Below are positions 1-12,660 of a stretch of 64,000 nt of DNA, one piece after another. Source of the DNA: Eledone cirrhosa (lineage: Eukaryota); NCBI GenBank assembly GCA_964016885.1, contig OZ024741.1:96348001-96412000 (forward strand), written 5' to 3'. Each line of letters starts with the position of its first letter. Position 1 is the first letter of the stretch. The notes under the pieces are model-generated. The model saw only the letters and a list, made by a program, of their open reading frames with translations, made no database searches and was not told where the DNA came from. Position numbers and translations under genes: made by a program.

Positions 1-2077
1 AGATATACTGGTCTGGAAAAATAACAAGGGATGGCTACGGCTGGAACAAATTAGAATATATGCCCGTTCCACGAAGGTGGATATACGGGGAATGATCAAC
101 AGCAACCACAATAACATCAGTGGCAACATCACCAACACTACCACTTATAACAACATCTCTTCCAATAACATACCAACACCGACATCATGATCAGTGTTGT
201 ACCAATTCAACGGAACAGAGAACAGCTTTTTCTCCACCCAGCCCCCCGCACACATATAAGCGCTGAATCCGTCACATAGAAATATGATAGAGTGTGCAAC
301 ATGCTCCCTGACCACAGTGCAGCATTCCCTTTTCTATTTTAACCATTTCTATCACATCTAGTATCAGCGACATGTGGATTACTCCCTGAGGGTGCTGTGG
401 TGTATCTACTTGCTTTAGTTTGGCTTAAAATACAGATGACTAAGTCAGCTCACCAATAGCATTAAATAACAACGGCAACGATGACAACGATGGCGAGGAC
501 AAACACAATAGTAATAGCGCCAACTAGGTAGTTTCTAAGTGGTCGTTTAACTTGCTAGAAATAGTAGTCAAATATCTCTCAAAACTCTACCGATTTGAAA
601 AATCTTGTTTGATTTCGGCTTCAGCGCAAAGAAATGGCGGTGTAGTTACTACGGATGGCATGCATCTGATGATTCGTCTGTTCGATCAGGGCTAGCCTGG
701 AGCTAATTAACAGAAAATATAATAATGATGACAAAGACTACAGTGGAGACGATGAAGAAAGCTAGCGATGATAAAAACGAGACCATCAATGAATCAATGG
801 GGTAAATCCTATATGATCTTTTGAACTACTATTGCTTGAAATACCATTCAGATCTCTCTTATGTCATACAATAAAGCCTTGAAAAATAATGGGCCTCGTG
901 AACACACACACACACAAAGACCAGATTTTCATGTCTAAAAAGTCTTTGATCATAGGCCTGATTGATCAGAACTAACCGGGACTAAACATCATCAACATTA
1001 TAATTTAACACTAACGTTACTCTCTTTCGATTAAAACTATCGCTAATAGTGTTTGAACATTTTCCTGGACGTTTTTAATGTGCAAAACGAAATGATTTGA
1101 ATAATTTATTCTCAGTTCAACGTATGCCACATTAAAACATTTTGCTCCATGAAATCGGGGTGCGATTGACCTCAGACATATTGTAGTTGATATAGGGCAA
1201 TTTAAAGCGTCACGATACCGTCTATGATTCAACGGGGTATCAATAAACCAGAGATATATTAACTGAATCTTGGGAATATATATTAACTGAAGATTGATTA
1301 ACTCTAGCTAACTGAGGCTGATAGGAATAAAGTATCCCTGCGCAGAAATAGAACGAAATATCAGTATAGGTTTTGAACATGCAGTGCCAGATAAGGTATA
1401 CATTTTTTCACAATAGACTTAATAGAATACTTCGGTATGTACAATGGTTAGGGGAGTGAATCAGCTAGACTTTTGGGTTGATGTCGTTCGTAAAAGAGGA
1501 AGATATAGGAGCTGTTATTGCCGCTTGATTTCCAAGGAAAGTATAGGGCTAGATCATTTCATATAACCAAAGCCTACGTTCTTGGAATACCTTCTTTCGA
1601 TAAGTTTCTGGATTTTACACTATAATCGAGATCAGCCTTTGCCTCTCATTATTTCCTGGTCGATAAAAAATACCAGACCAGAACTGGGTCTATCCCTTCT
1701 CTGTATCTCTTTATCACTTCAATTCTATCACTCGTTGAATTTCTCTGGAAGAAATAGGCTATGTTCAGACCTCGAGAGGATATGGGTTTAACCACATTTA
1801 AACAAATGCTGAAGAAATGTCGTATATCACTGCAACACCCCTACGACTCTACTAAGAGTTACAGTTACATACATACACAATTCAAGTGACTTTCTGTAAT
1901 ATTGACACCCTATGAAATCGATCATGAATGCTAAGAATCAACCAGAGTAGGTTTGGGGTTCAGAACATAAAGGACTCAGGACATAAAGAATCCTTATGAA
2001 ATACTACAAAATATTATGTTGACCACTCAAACATTTGATACTAGACTGTTCCGGAGAAACCAAACAGAGAGCTAATA

Positions 2078-3360
2078 ATAGTTTCTACATTTGGCACAAT
2101 TGTATTACTGGTACTTTATTTTATCGACCCCGTAAGGATGAAAGGCAAAGTTAACCTTGGCGGGATTTGAACTCAGAATGGCAAGGGCCGTAACTCTATG
2201 CGTCAAAGCATGGCGTCCGACCCTCTGCCGATACTGCCAATCTTCATGGTTTCTTATATAGGCACAAGGCCAGCAATTTTTGGGGAAGGGAAAATCGATT
2301 AAGTCGACTCCAGTGGGTGACTGGTACTTTATTTTATCGACCTCATAAGGATGAAAGGCAAAGTTAACCTCGGCGGGATTTGTAAGACTTCATATTTTAA
2401 CGGAAGGACTAATTGGTTATCTAGTATTCACATCGGCTTAAACCGTTATATGAAACCATTCATGCCGTCTTTTACGCATTATATAGACACAGATATGTTG
2501 GTGTATTATAAGCCATTCCCCCATTAACGTACATTAGTCTGCAGATCTTATACTACCAGAACCTCCAGTCTTTAATGCCGCAACCAAATTATCAGATATA
2601 TGCTAAATCTCTATAGCCACATGTACCTTGCTGCTGCCAAACGTCTCGTCTGTAACACTAGACTTGGATTCTTCATTAGGTTTTCCTAGCTGGAACCATC
2701 TGTGCATAGATCTCGAGACGAATAGTGTTGTTATTTAGCTGAAGCATCTAATACACTACCCGTTACAACAAATTGATTGATCGTAAGGTACTTATTTTAT
2801 TGATCAGTACTTCTTTTGAATAGTACACATTTTATCAATCCTTGAAGGACGAAAGGTAAATTTGACCACAGTTGGATTTGATATCATAACATACACTTAA
2901 AATCAATAATTTAAAAAATAATTAAAAAAATAATTTCTGATTTAGGCACAAGGTCAACAATTTTGGAGGGAGGGAGACGTCGACTAAATCGAGCCCAATA
3001 TATTACTGGTACTTTATTTTATTGAGCCTCTAAGGATGAAAGGCAAAGCTATCCTCGGCGGGATTTGAACTCAGAATATAAAGGGACGTAACTACGCCAC
3101 AAAGTATGTTGTCTCCGATGTTCTGCCAATACTGCCAATCAATAATAATAATGATGATTTCTACTATAGACACAAGGCCAGCAATTTGGGGAGAGGAGAA
3201 AGTCAATAAACTCATCCCCAGTGCATTACTAGTACTTTTTTTATCGACCCCCATAGGGTAAAAGGCAAAACTAAACTGGGCGGTATTTGAACTCGGAACG
3301 CAAAGGACCGTAACTCAATGTTACAAAGCATGATGTTCGACGCTCTAACAATACTGCCAA
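2078..3360 (-). mobile_element. Cluster of 4-5 tRNA-derived SINE copies (Nin/Deu-domain-like, cephalopod type)
   Basis: Repeated GGCACAAGGCCAGCAATT...GTACTTTATTTTATCGACCCCGTAAGGATGAAAGGCAAAGTTAACCTCGGCGGGATTTGAACTC. The reverse complement has an A-box (TGGCAGTATCGG), a B-box (GAGTTCAAATCC) and the central GCCTTTCATCCTTACGGGGTCGATAAAATAAAGTACCAG block typical of the Nin/Deu domain. Confidence 0.8.
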
Positions 3361-4225
3361 AAGGGTGATGACGATGATGAGAGTGGTGGTGGTGGAAGTG
3401 GTAGTATTAATAATATAGAAATGGTTACAGATAGAAATACAAAAAGTAATCCCTTCTCTTACTTCACATGTAACCCCGGGAGAATAATAACAAATATATT
3501 AATGTTTTTTTTTATTTCAGTTTATTTTTGTTTCTCTCTTAAATCTAAAAATTCTACAATTGTTTATTCATTTTTTAGCTCGCTCCTTAACATTAAGTTT
3601 TGTTTCGTCATTCACAGCTATCCCACACCAACCTCTCACATTCTTCTATATAAGTTGTATACAATCTTACCTCTAGTTTCTACGTAACCCCGCGAACCTT
3701 TATCAAACTTCTAGCCATTGAGCCCCCACCCACACTTCCTCATTTCTCCATCATCCATCTATTCATCCACCATCTTTCTATTCCCTTTCCCAATAGAGTT
3801 TGTCAATTGGAAATGACTTGAAACTCCATAAACAATAAATTAGAACGTAGTTCTGACAGACTCAGGAATGTGTATGTACGTGTAGATATATGACGAATAT
3901 GTGTGTTTTGTGAATGTGCGTGAGAATGTGTGTGTAAGTGTGTGCATGTTAGTAGGGAGTGTTTGTGTGTGTGTGTGAGGGCATGTGTGAGAAGAGTGAG
4001 GTTTGATTGTGATGTATGTCTGTGAGCCCGTGATTGTGTGCGTATGTGTGTATGTGTGTTTAGGAGGAGAGGGGTGGTGTTTGTGTGGTTTGTGTGTGGG
4101 GGAGAATGTTAGTATGAAGATGGGTGTGGATGTGAGAGACAGATTGAAAGAGATTGAAAAAAATCGGTCAAAAAATGAAAGGATAATACATCATGTATAT
4201 ATATATATATATATAAATATACATC

Positions 4226-4298
<73 letters not shown>

Positions 4299-4493
4299 TA
4301 CACACACAGACATATATATATATATAAATGTTATTGTGTGTGTGTATGTGTACTTGTTTCCGTGTGTGTGAATAAGTCCTGAAGAGGGAAATAGAAGTAA
4401 GAGAGGGAGAGAGAGAGAGAGATAGATAGATAGATAGATAGAGAGAAAGAGAGAGAGAGCGAGAGAGAGAGAGATAGATAGATAGAGAGATAG

Positions 4494-4527
<34 letters not shown>

Positions 4528-4694
4528 CAAGAAGAATTGAATGAGGAACAGGTATGTCGAATGAAACAATAACAGATAGAAGAGCAGAAGCACATATTCA
4601 TATCTATCTATATATCTATCTATAAGATTCTTTATAGAAAGATATCTATAAGTATCTTTATATATATATATATATATCTATATATATATATATG

Positions 4695-4966
4695 CAAAAG
4701 TTTTATTTAAGATTGTTGGGTTACAACGAGTAAATATTTTATAACTGATATAAAAGCACTCAACAGTTTCTGGAGTAGGTTTACGATATTAAACAAATGG
4801 AAACTATATTTATAAAACCATATTTATTTCGTTATATATATTTCTGGGATATCATATTAAAAATATGGTATGCCTGGCATACCATATTTTTAATATGATA
4901 TCCCAGAAATATATATAACGAAATAAATATGGTTTTATAAATATAGTTTCCATTTGTTTAATATCG

Positions 4967-4968
<2 letters not shown>
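4695..4968. mobile_element. Fold-back mini-insertion in (TA)n: perfect 93-bp-arm palindrome (4782-4968) plus ~87-bp tail; probable PLE terminal-repeat derivative
   Basis: Arms 4782-4874 and 4876-4968 are exact reverse complements around T4875. The tail 4695-4790 recurs in the opposite orientation at ~29177-29283. Confidence 0.7.
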
Positions 4969-4998
<30 letters not shown>

Positions 4999-5862
4999 CA
5001 TATGTGTGTGTGAGTGTGTGTGTGTGAGTTTATGTGTGTGTGTATGGGCGTGTGTGCGTGCATATATAAAATATAACATAACATAATATATGTATGTTAT
5101 GTGGTACAAATGAATACACTCACATACGCATACATACACACGCATACATACACAAACATATATATGTGCATACAAATATATAAAAATACATACAGTTAAA
5201 CTATAGTGAACAAACTGAGAATTATTAGAGAAAGTATAAAGAGACAAAGTGAAAGAATGTTAGGCAGAAAGGGGAAAAATTGAGAGATATTAATATAGAG
5301 AAAAGACAGCATTAGAGATATAGAGAATAGATGAAAAATAGAGAAAATATGGAGAACGGAACAAAAAGAGGGAACTGAGTAGAGATAGGCATATAGATAG
5401 AAAGATAGATATACTCAGAGTGGTAGAAAGCTATGTTGTCTGATATATTTAGCAAGATGAATTAATACATAAATCACTCAGAATATTTTACCTCATACCT
5501 CACACCTCATTCCCGTTGGTCCGTCTAGAAGCGGCGTTCAGACAAAACCGTATAGACACAAAATGGCGACCGACCTAATTTACGACCAATTTTCAATGGG
5601 CCAATATTTTTTTTCAGCCTCATACCTCAAACGACAACCGTTCTTGAGTGATAAATATTCTACTTGCTGATGATCTCAGTGAGAGTCAAGAACAACTAAT
5701 CCAGACCGATACCAGTTCATTCTTAGGTCAAATTTCGCTTATGAAAATGCTTGAATTATTTATATAACAAAGTTTGTTTATTTCTGCACCATACTTTCTC
5801 TTTCTTTCACACTTTCTGCCCCTTTCTGCCTGTCTCATTTTCTATGTTTTCTCTCTCTTCAT

Positions 5863-5894
<32 letters not shown>

Positions 5895-5959
5895 CAATCA
5901 CTCACACATGAATATATGTATGTATGGTTGTATGTTCCTTTGGTGTTATTATTTTATAA

Positions 5960-6148
5960 GCTGGATTGGCAGTACCGGTAGAGCGTCAGACACCATGCTT
6001 TGCTTCATAGGGTTATGACCCTTTACGTTCTGATTTCAAATCCCACCGAAGTTAGCTTTGCCTTTCATCCTTACGGGGTCCATAAAATAAACCACGAGTA
6101 ATGCACTGGAATAATCGCTGGCCTTGTGCCAAAAGTAGAAACAATTAT
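5960..6148 (+). mobile_element. Nin/Deu-like SINE copy
   Basis: GGATTGGCAGTACCGGTAGAG head, TTCAAATCCC box, central domain, GAAACAATTATT end. Confidence 0.8.
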
Positions 6149-6744
6149 TTTATAAGCTTCCATCAACAGAGAGAGAGAGAGAGGGAGAGGGTGGGTGTGG
6201 GAGAGTGGGTGTGTGTGTGTGTGGGGGATTTAGCAAGAGAAAAATTGAAAGAGGGCCGGTCTTTAACATAAAATGGAATCTAGAATCAACTACTTAAATA
6301 CGTATATATATCAGTTTGTGTTATTCTGTGAGCAGATATGAATGTTATTGGATGTGTGGATCTGTATGTTTTGAGTAATATGCCTACATGCGCATATGTT
6401 TCTGTGTCTATATATGTGTATATGCAATTATTACATGATGAATATCTGAAATGTTTTACATAATTTTACAGTCCCATTAATGGACTGTGCTTGCAACTTC
6501 CTAATTAGCTATACTGTTTTATGTTCAGTGAAGTCCAAGTTCACAGGATTTGCATTGAGGCAGTTAGTAACATATTGCAGCGCCCCAAATCTAAAACGAT
6601 AAACTAGGGAAGAGTATCTTAGGATTCCTCATTAATTAAGTAAAATGTTCCCTTTTTCACTAATCTTTGATATATATATATATAGAGAGAGGTATTTACG
6701 TAGATATGTATATATGTGTGTATGTATTTATGTCGGGTCACTTT

Positions 6745-6930
6745 GGAGTGCTACTGGTAACATGTAACCCAATACAACCTGTCGCATGGTCGGGTCGTCG
6801 GCGACTAAGCCGGCAACCCCACCAAGTTTACTTGATGAGGAAGGTCATTTTGGACACTCTGCAGGACAAAAAACAAAACCTGACAAAGGGCGGAAGAACT
6901 CATCAGAGTGAACGGCCATCCAAAAATGTG
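6745..6930 (+). mobile_element. Fragment of RTE-like non-autonomous element (family of 18968-19570)
   Basis: GTGCTACTGGTAACATGTA...GCGACTAAGCCGGCAACCCCACCAAG...GACAAAGGGCGGAAGAACTC is shared with copies at 18968, 36161 and 42400. Confidence 0.6.
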
Positions 6931-7006
6931 TAAATATGTATATATATATATATATATGTATGCATGTGTATGTATGCATATACATGTATGCATGTGAATG
7001 TATATA

Positions 7007-7087
<81 letters not shown>

Positions 7088-7313
7088 ATGTGTGTGTGTG
7101 TGTGTGAGTGTGTGTGTATGTGTGTTTCAAACCGAGGTGCTATCTCCTCACAATCTTTCTCACAATGCATATCTTGATCAATGGTTTAGATATGAGGTAT
7201 TTTTCTTAGATGCCAAAACGAACCTGGAACACATGACTGCGAAACAGACTTCTTGATCAACCATTCTTAACCATCCGTCCCTATTATATACACACTCACA
7301 CACACATACACAC

Positions 7314-7369
<56 letters not shown>

Positions 7370-7726
7370 ATACATACACAGATACATGCATACATACACA
7401 TACACACATAGATATATATGTATATATAGTACCAATCGATCCCTATTACTGTTATTTTATGCATTTGGGACACTCAGCTTTTGAAATTTGGAACACTGGC
7501 AGTGCGTCAATAATGAAAAAGGTTGCATCCAACTACATTCTTGTCCCAAACTGTTGAGTACGGCATTCGAAAAAGATTGGAAAATATGCCAGTCGCACTT
7601 ACACGGTATTCGAGGAATGCATTATTCGAAAGATGTGGTATTCGATTCCTTGTTGGTACCTCGGTCCTATTTCCAAGGATAACCTACCCAATTTTCTCAA
7701 CTATCATCTATAATACATATATATAT

Positions 7727-7783
<57 letters not shown>

Positions 7784-7792
7784 AACAAGTAA

Positions 7793-7890
7793 GACCCTGA
7801 CGGCTGAGCTCAAGCCGTTTCGACGGCTAATTCTGGACTAAATGAAAATTTTTATCCTGGTATTTGAATAGCCGAGCTTCTCAAGGGGTA
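7793..7890 (-). ncRNA. Variant (U3-A8) type I hammerhead ribozyme, copy A; first stem I pair mismatched
   Basis: Minus strand reads ACCCC-TTGAGAA-(stem II CGGCTA/TAGCCG)-GAAA-CGGCT tgagctc AGCCG-TC-AGGGT. Confidence 0.65.
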
Positions 7891-8352
7891 ATTCCAGATA
7901 TGGTAAAAGTGATTGTCACAAGGATTGGACAAAAGTTTGTTGTTGAGACATAATAATTCTATGATGGCAATTTGTGGAAGGAAGGGGTAGCTGAACCTGC
8001 CAGTAGGTTCAGCTACCCCTTCCCTTGTGAATAGTGCAGTTCTAAATCAACAGATGTTGATTTAAAACTTCACTATTCACAAGTGTTTTTTAACCTTCAT
8101 ATCATGTATCCCTATTTTATCTGACGAAAACGCAAATGTCATCTCATGATGATATTTGTTTTTGAAATGCGCATAATAAAATACTTGGAACTCTTTTAAC
8201 CATCTTTTGGTCTGGCACTACCAACGCATGTTGGGGTCTACTCCCCCCCCCCTCTTCTCCTACTGGCAGGTTTAGCCACCATCTCCCCCACCAATTTGCA
8301 ATCACAGAATCACCACTGACTTTTGACAATCACTTTGACCATATATGGAACT

Positions 8353-8446
8353 ACCCCTTGAGAAGCTCGGCCATTTAAATACCAGGATAAACTTTCATTT
8401 AGTCCAGAATCAGCCGTCGAAACGGCCTGAGCTCAGCCGTCGGGGT
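8353..8446 (+). ncRNA. Variant (U3-A8) type I hammerhead ribozyme, copy B (core intact); predicted cleavage after C8441
   Basis: ACCCC(8353-57) TTGAGAA(8358-64), stem II domain 8365-8418 with G-C closing pair and CGGC/GCCG, GAAA(8419-22), stem III CGGC/GCCG, GUC(8439-41), GGGGT(8442-46). Confidence 0.75.
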
Positions 8447-8588
8447 CTTACTGGTTTCCATTACCCACTCCACCACCCCAAGCATTGAGCACCTCAGCGC
8501 GTTATGGTCCACCTGGCTCCCCACCACATTTCCTTCGTTATATAAATATATATATATATTTATATAAATATATATATATATTTATATA

Positions 8589-9060
8589 AACGAAGGAAAT
8601 GTGGTAAGGAACCAGGTGGACCATAACGCACCAAAGCACTCAATACTTAGGGCAGCAGAGTGGGCAATAGGAACAAGCAAGACCCCGACGGCTGAGCTCA
8701 AGCCGTATCGACGGCTAATTCTGTACTGAATGAAAAATTAATTCTGGTATTCAAATAGCCGAACTTATCAAGGGGTAATTCCATATATGGTCAAAGAGAT
8801 AATCACCAGGATTGGTCACATCACAAGTTAGTAGTAAATCTGTGATGGCAAGTTGGTGGGGGAAGGGGTAGCCAAACCTGCCAGTAGGAGAAAAGGGGAG
8901 AGGGGGCGGAGTAGATCCATTCATGCGTTGGTAGTGCCAGCTACAGCTGGGTGTGAGGTCAAAGAGGATACTGGGGAGGGGGAGGGGGAAGAGGTCGAAA
9001 CGGTAAGTAGAACAATGAAAGGTTATGGTCCACCTGGTTCCTTACCACATTTCCTTCGTT
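8589..9060 (-). mobile_element. PLE pLTR-derived element with variant hammerhead copy C (8682-8776; GAAA mutated to GATA) and short inverted tail 9022-9060
   Basis: Same family as 7781-8540. Core TTGATAA on the minus strand at 8765-8771. (TA)n on both sides. Confidence 0.75.
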
Positions 9061-9224
9061 ATATACATATATATATATATATGTTATTGATTTGTCATTA
9101 TATATATATATGTAGTATGTTATTGAGTTATCATTTTCGCTACAGTCATTACGAAGCGTTTTTGTATATATATATATATATATATACAAAACCGCTTTGT
9201 AATGACTGTAACAAAAATGACAAA

Positions 9225-10125
9225 TCAATGTCCCTTTACGGACTGAGTTCAAATCCCTCCGAGGTTAACTTTGCCTTTCATCCTTACGGGGTCGATAAAA
9301 TAAAGTACCAGTAATACACTGGGTAATTGCTGGCCTTGTGCCAAAAGTAGAAACAATTATATTCTTCATTAAAATCAAACTTGTCTCGTTACTTTGGAAT
9401 TCTTCATGTTATTATTTTCTGTGTACTAATGTTATTAGATAATATATAATAACTAATAAAAGGCACCAACCTGAAGCCACATGAAATTAAACAATACAAA
9501 TGACATACCACCTGAATAATAACTGAACCATATGGTAGATATTTCTTGAAAATAATGAAAATATCACATTATAACTCAACACGTAAAGAAAAGAAAAGTC
9601 GTCATAATGAAGCAAAATACAATCCAGAAAAATGATATAAAATATCAGCCAAAATGAAGTCTAAATTGTTGAAGTCATACAAATACATAACCCGAACGAG
9701 GTAAAAATAATTGTTTCTACTTTAGGCACAAGTCCAGCAATTTTGAAAGGGAGGGAGTGCGTTACTGGTACTTTATTTTGTCGATCTCATAAGGATGAAA
9801 AGCAAAGCTAACCTCGGCACATTTGAACCCAGAACGTAAAGAGCTATATGCCACAAAGCATATTATCCGACGCGCTACCGAAACTACCCATACACCGCCC
9901 GCTAAGACATTAATAATGATTTTTAGTATAGGCACAAGGCCAGTAATTTTGGGGAAGGGGAAAGTCGATTAAATCGACCCCAGTACATTATTGGTGCTTT
10001 ATTTTATCGAATCGACCTCGTAAGTATGAAAGGCAAAGTTGGTTGGATTTGAACTCAGACCGTAAAAAACCGTTGCAAAGCATGGTGTCTGACTCTCTAC
10101 CGATACTGCCAATCCACCGCCCTTT
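9225..10125. mobile_element. Three Nin/Deu-like SINE copies (9225-9360 +; 9710-9900 -; 9915-10125 -)
   Basis: Same diagnostic motifs as the other copies. Confidence 0.8.
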
Positions 10126-11944
10126 AAGACACAATAATAATTAAAAAAATACAAGTATGCATTGCTAAAACATGAATACAGTCAGCAATGTGAAGCAACT
10201 AAAAGAAAAGATGGATAAATCAAAATAGACCATAATAAATGAATTATCTCGGGCGCAAGGATGCATTCCCGTCCATATGTATCAAATAACAGGGAGTTCT
10301 AGCAATAAATACTTTCCCTTGATGTAAACCATATCATCACTAAGCTAAATTATTTAATCTTCTCTATGACCGTACCGAGGAGAGATATTAGGAGTTTATC
10401 CTACGTAACTAAGGCACTGATTACACAAGACCACCCAAACTTTGAAAATAAAATATACTATAAAAATTTGTGAACAATCAGAAAACAAAATTGTTTGTAC
10501 TCAGAGTCTTAGATAAGGAGGGGCTGTAATATAGGAAAGAAGTAAAAATTAAAGCAAATGTCAAGAAAATTCAACACTAAATGTAAAAAAGAAAACATTG
10601 AAATAATACATCATGCCAGATTAGGCAGTTTGCAAAATGATAGCTCTCTTAAACTGGAATCGAAAACTTTTTCGGAACACCCATTATATAATTCAATATG
10701 AAAACAACAAAACACATATCACTATGATACACCAACGACAACAGGAAATCAAACATATTTGAGGAACATATGAGAAGAAATTGTACATTATCATTAAGGA
10801 CGCATAGTTAGGGGCAAGAAAACCCGGAGGAAAAGAATTCAGCTAATTCACTAGCCAAACACAGCATTTCTAACGGGGAGATTACGAAAACGATCATTAT
10901 CATCAATAAATAGAAATTGATACTTTGGTTAATTTCTAGTTATAACATTCAACCAGATTACATGATGATTTAGCAATACAAATCAATATATTTATATAGT
11001 GCCAGAAGCAGTCTTTCGCTCCTTAACAGGGGGATACTTTACATAAATTTTCAGAAAACTAACGCTTCACAACTGTAGTGGAGCAATAACCTGTTTACCA
11101 ACAATATACAAAACCTTGACAATTTTATTGTCCAGCTAGTTGATTGTTCATTTAAAAATTGTGGAATAAAGACTGTCTGAAGGGGATGAATGGAAGTAAA
11201 CAATAGTTAAAGATTAGCATTAAAGTTTACAAAAGACGACAAAAAGGGAAGCAAACATTTCTAAGCACTATAAGGAATGATACCGGAAAATCTTTGACAA
11301 AGCACCCAACTTTTAATAACAACATGATAAAGAAAGGATGATATTGAAACAACAAGGAAACATTTAACATTGAATCTCCTTATTGCGATTACTTATCTCT
11401 CTGCTTCTGGCTGTCCTGACAACCAATGGATGTCTTAGACAAACCATGTAAACTTAGGTACAACAGCCACAACCCAATTTGAGAGCCTATGAAAAACCGC
11501 AGATTCCAACAGTCATATTAACATAATTATAAGCCTGTCGACCAGTATATCCGCGTAATCTTATAGTAATAGCTACCAAATTACCTTCAAATCATGCTAC
11601 ACTGTCCTATTATGTAGATCTAAGTATATTGTATCTCTCTAAAAAAGACTGGATAATCATGACTGGAATAACTCTGGATAACAGATAAAATACATCAATG
11701 ATAATCTAACAGCAAATAACAAATATATAAAATTTTGAACAAATGTGACCAAATTTACTCTTAGTTGAGACAAACAAATAAACATATACATCACCTCTAA
11801 GTACAAACAAATGAACCTGGTGAAATACGAATTCTTAAATAAAGGAAAATATTTTCAAGCGTAAAAATCGAAAATAATGTATAAAATTACGTAACTAATT
11901 ACATCATAGCTCTTTATCGTTTCTGCCACCCCTACATTCTAATG

Positions 11945-12155
11945 GTTCCTAATATAGGCGCAAGGCCAGAAAGGCTTTGGGGAGGGGAAAGTCCGATCGA
12001 CCCCAGTGCCTGATTGGTACTTTATTTTATGGACCCCGTGAGGATGAAAGGCAAACCAAATCTCAGCGGGATTTGAATACAGAACGGAAAAAGTCGTAGC
12101 TTTATGCTGCAAAGCATGTTGCCCGACGCTCTACCGATACAGCGAATACACCACC
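11945..12155 (-). mobile_element. Nin/Deu-like SINE copy
   Basis: GGCGCAAGGCCAG...TACTTTATTTTATGGACCCCGTGAGGATGAAAGGC...GGGATTTGAA. Confidence 0.75.
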
Positions 12156-12321
12156 CTCATGCCTACATTTTTATGAGAAAAATATAAATCATATAAATAA
12201 ATTCGAATATTCAAAGCGTCGAGGGATTGTGATGTTCATAGAAAAGGTAGGAAACTCAGCGGCAGAAATAATTATAAACCGCTAAAAAATCGAATAAAGT
12301 CCACCTTATAGACGGGAAATA

Positions 12322-12660
12322 GTGGCTAGGGTCGCTGCGAAGAAATGATCCGGCTGGCTGCTCTAACCATTGAGCTGAACGCCCCATGACACTCGACACT
12401 TCAATTAAAAAGCTAAGTTAAATAGTTTTAAATATATATCACATTGTATGCAATGTTTGAATTTTCTAAGCGCTGGGGCTTATGAAGTGCATAAAAAATA
12501 TTGAAAATTTAGACGTGCAAAATACCAGTAAATACTGTTGGCTGCTATAAATAAGTTAGAAAAATCGGATAACAACCCCGTATAGACGGCTAAATGTTGC
12601 CAACGGTCATTACGGGGAATTGAACCTCATCTTTCAGATACCAGCTGACTGTTCTATAAA
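12322..12660 (-). repeat. Two degenerate tRNA-like (SINE head or tRNA pseudogene) fragments
   Basis: Minus strand GGGCGTTCAGCTCAATGGTTAGAGCAG (A-box-like) near 12385 and GGTTCAATTCCCC (B-box-like) near 12620. No complete cloverleaf. Confidence 0.4.

Larger units (their letters stand above)
7781..8540. mobile_element. PLE pLTR-derived inverted mini-element in (TA)n carrying two variant hammerheads
   Basis: Minus arm 7781-8007 and plus arm ~8200-8540 are inverted copies. Both are homologous to the 3' end of the GIY-YIG element at 52465-52700. Confidence 0.8.

Noticed and set aside
10140-11850. Possible old RTE/LINE body (QGDTL-like motif near 11025); similar suspicion for 21000-22900
   Set aside because: Too degraded to support by eye; needs a translated profile search.
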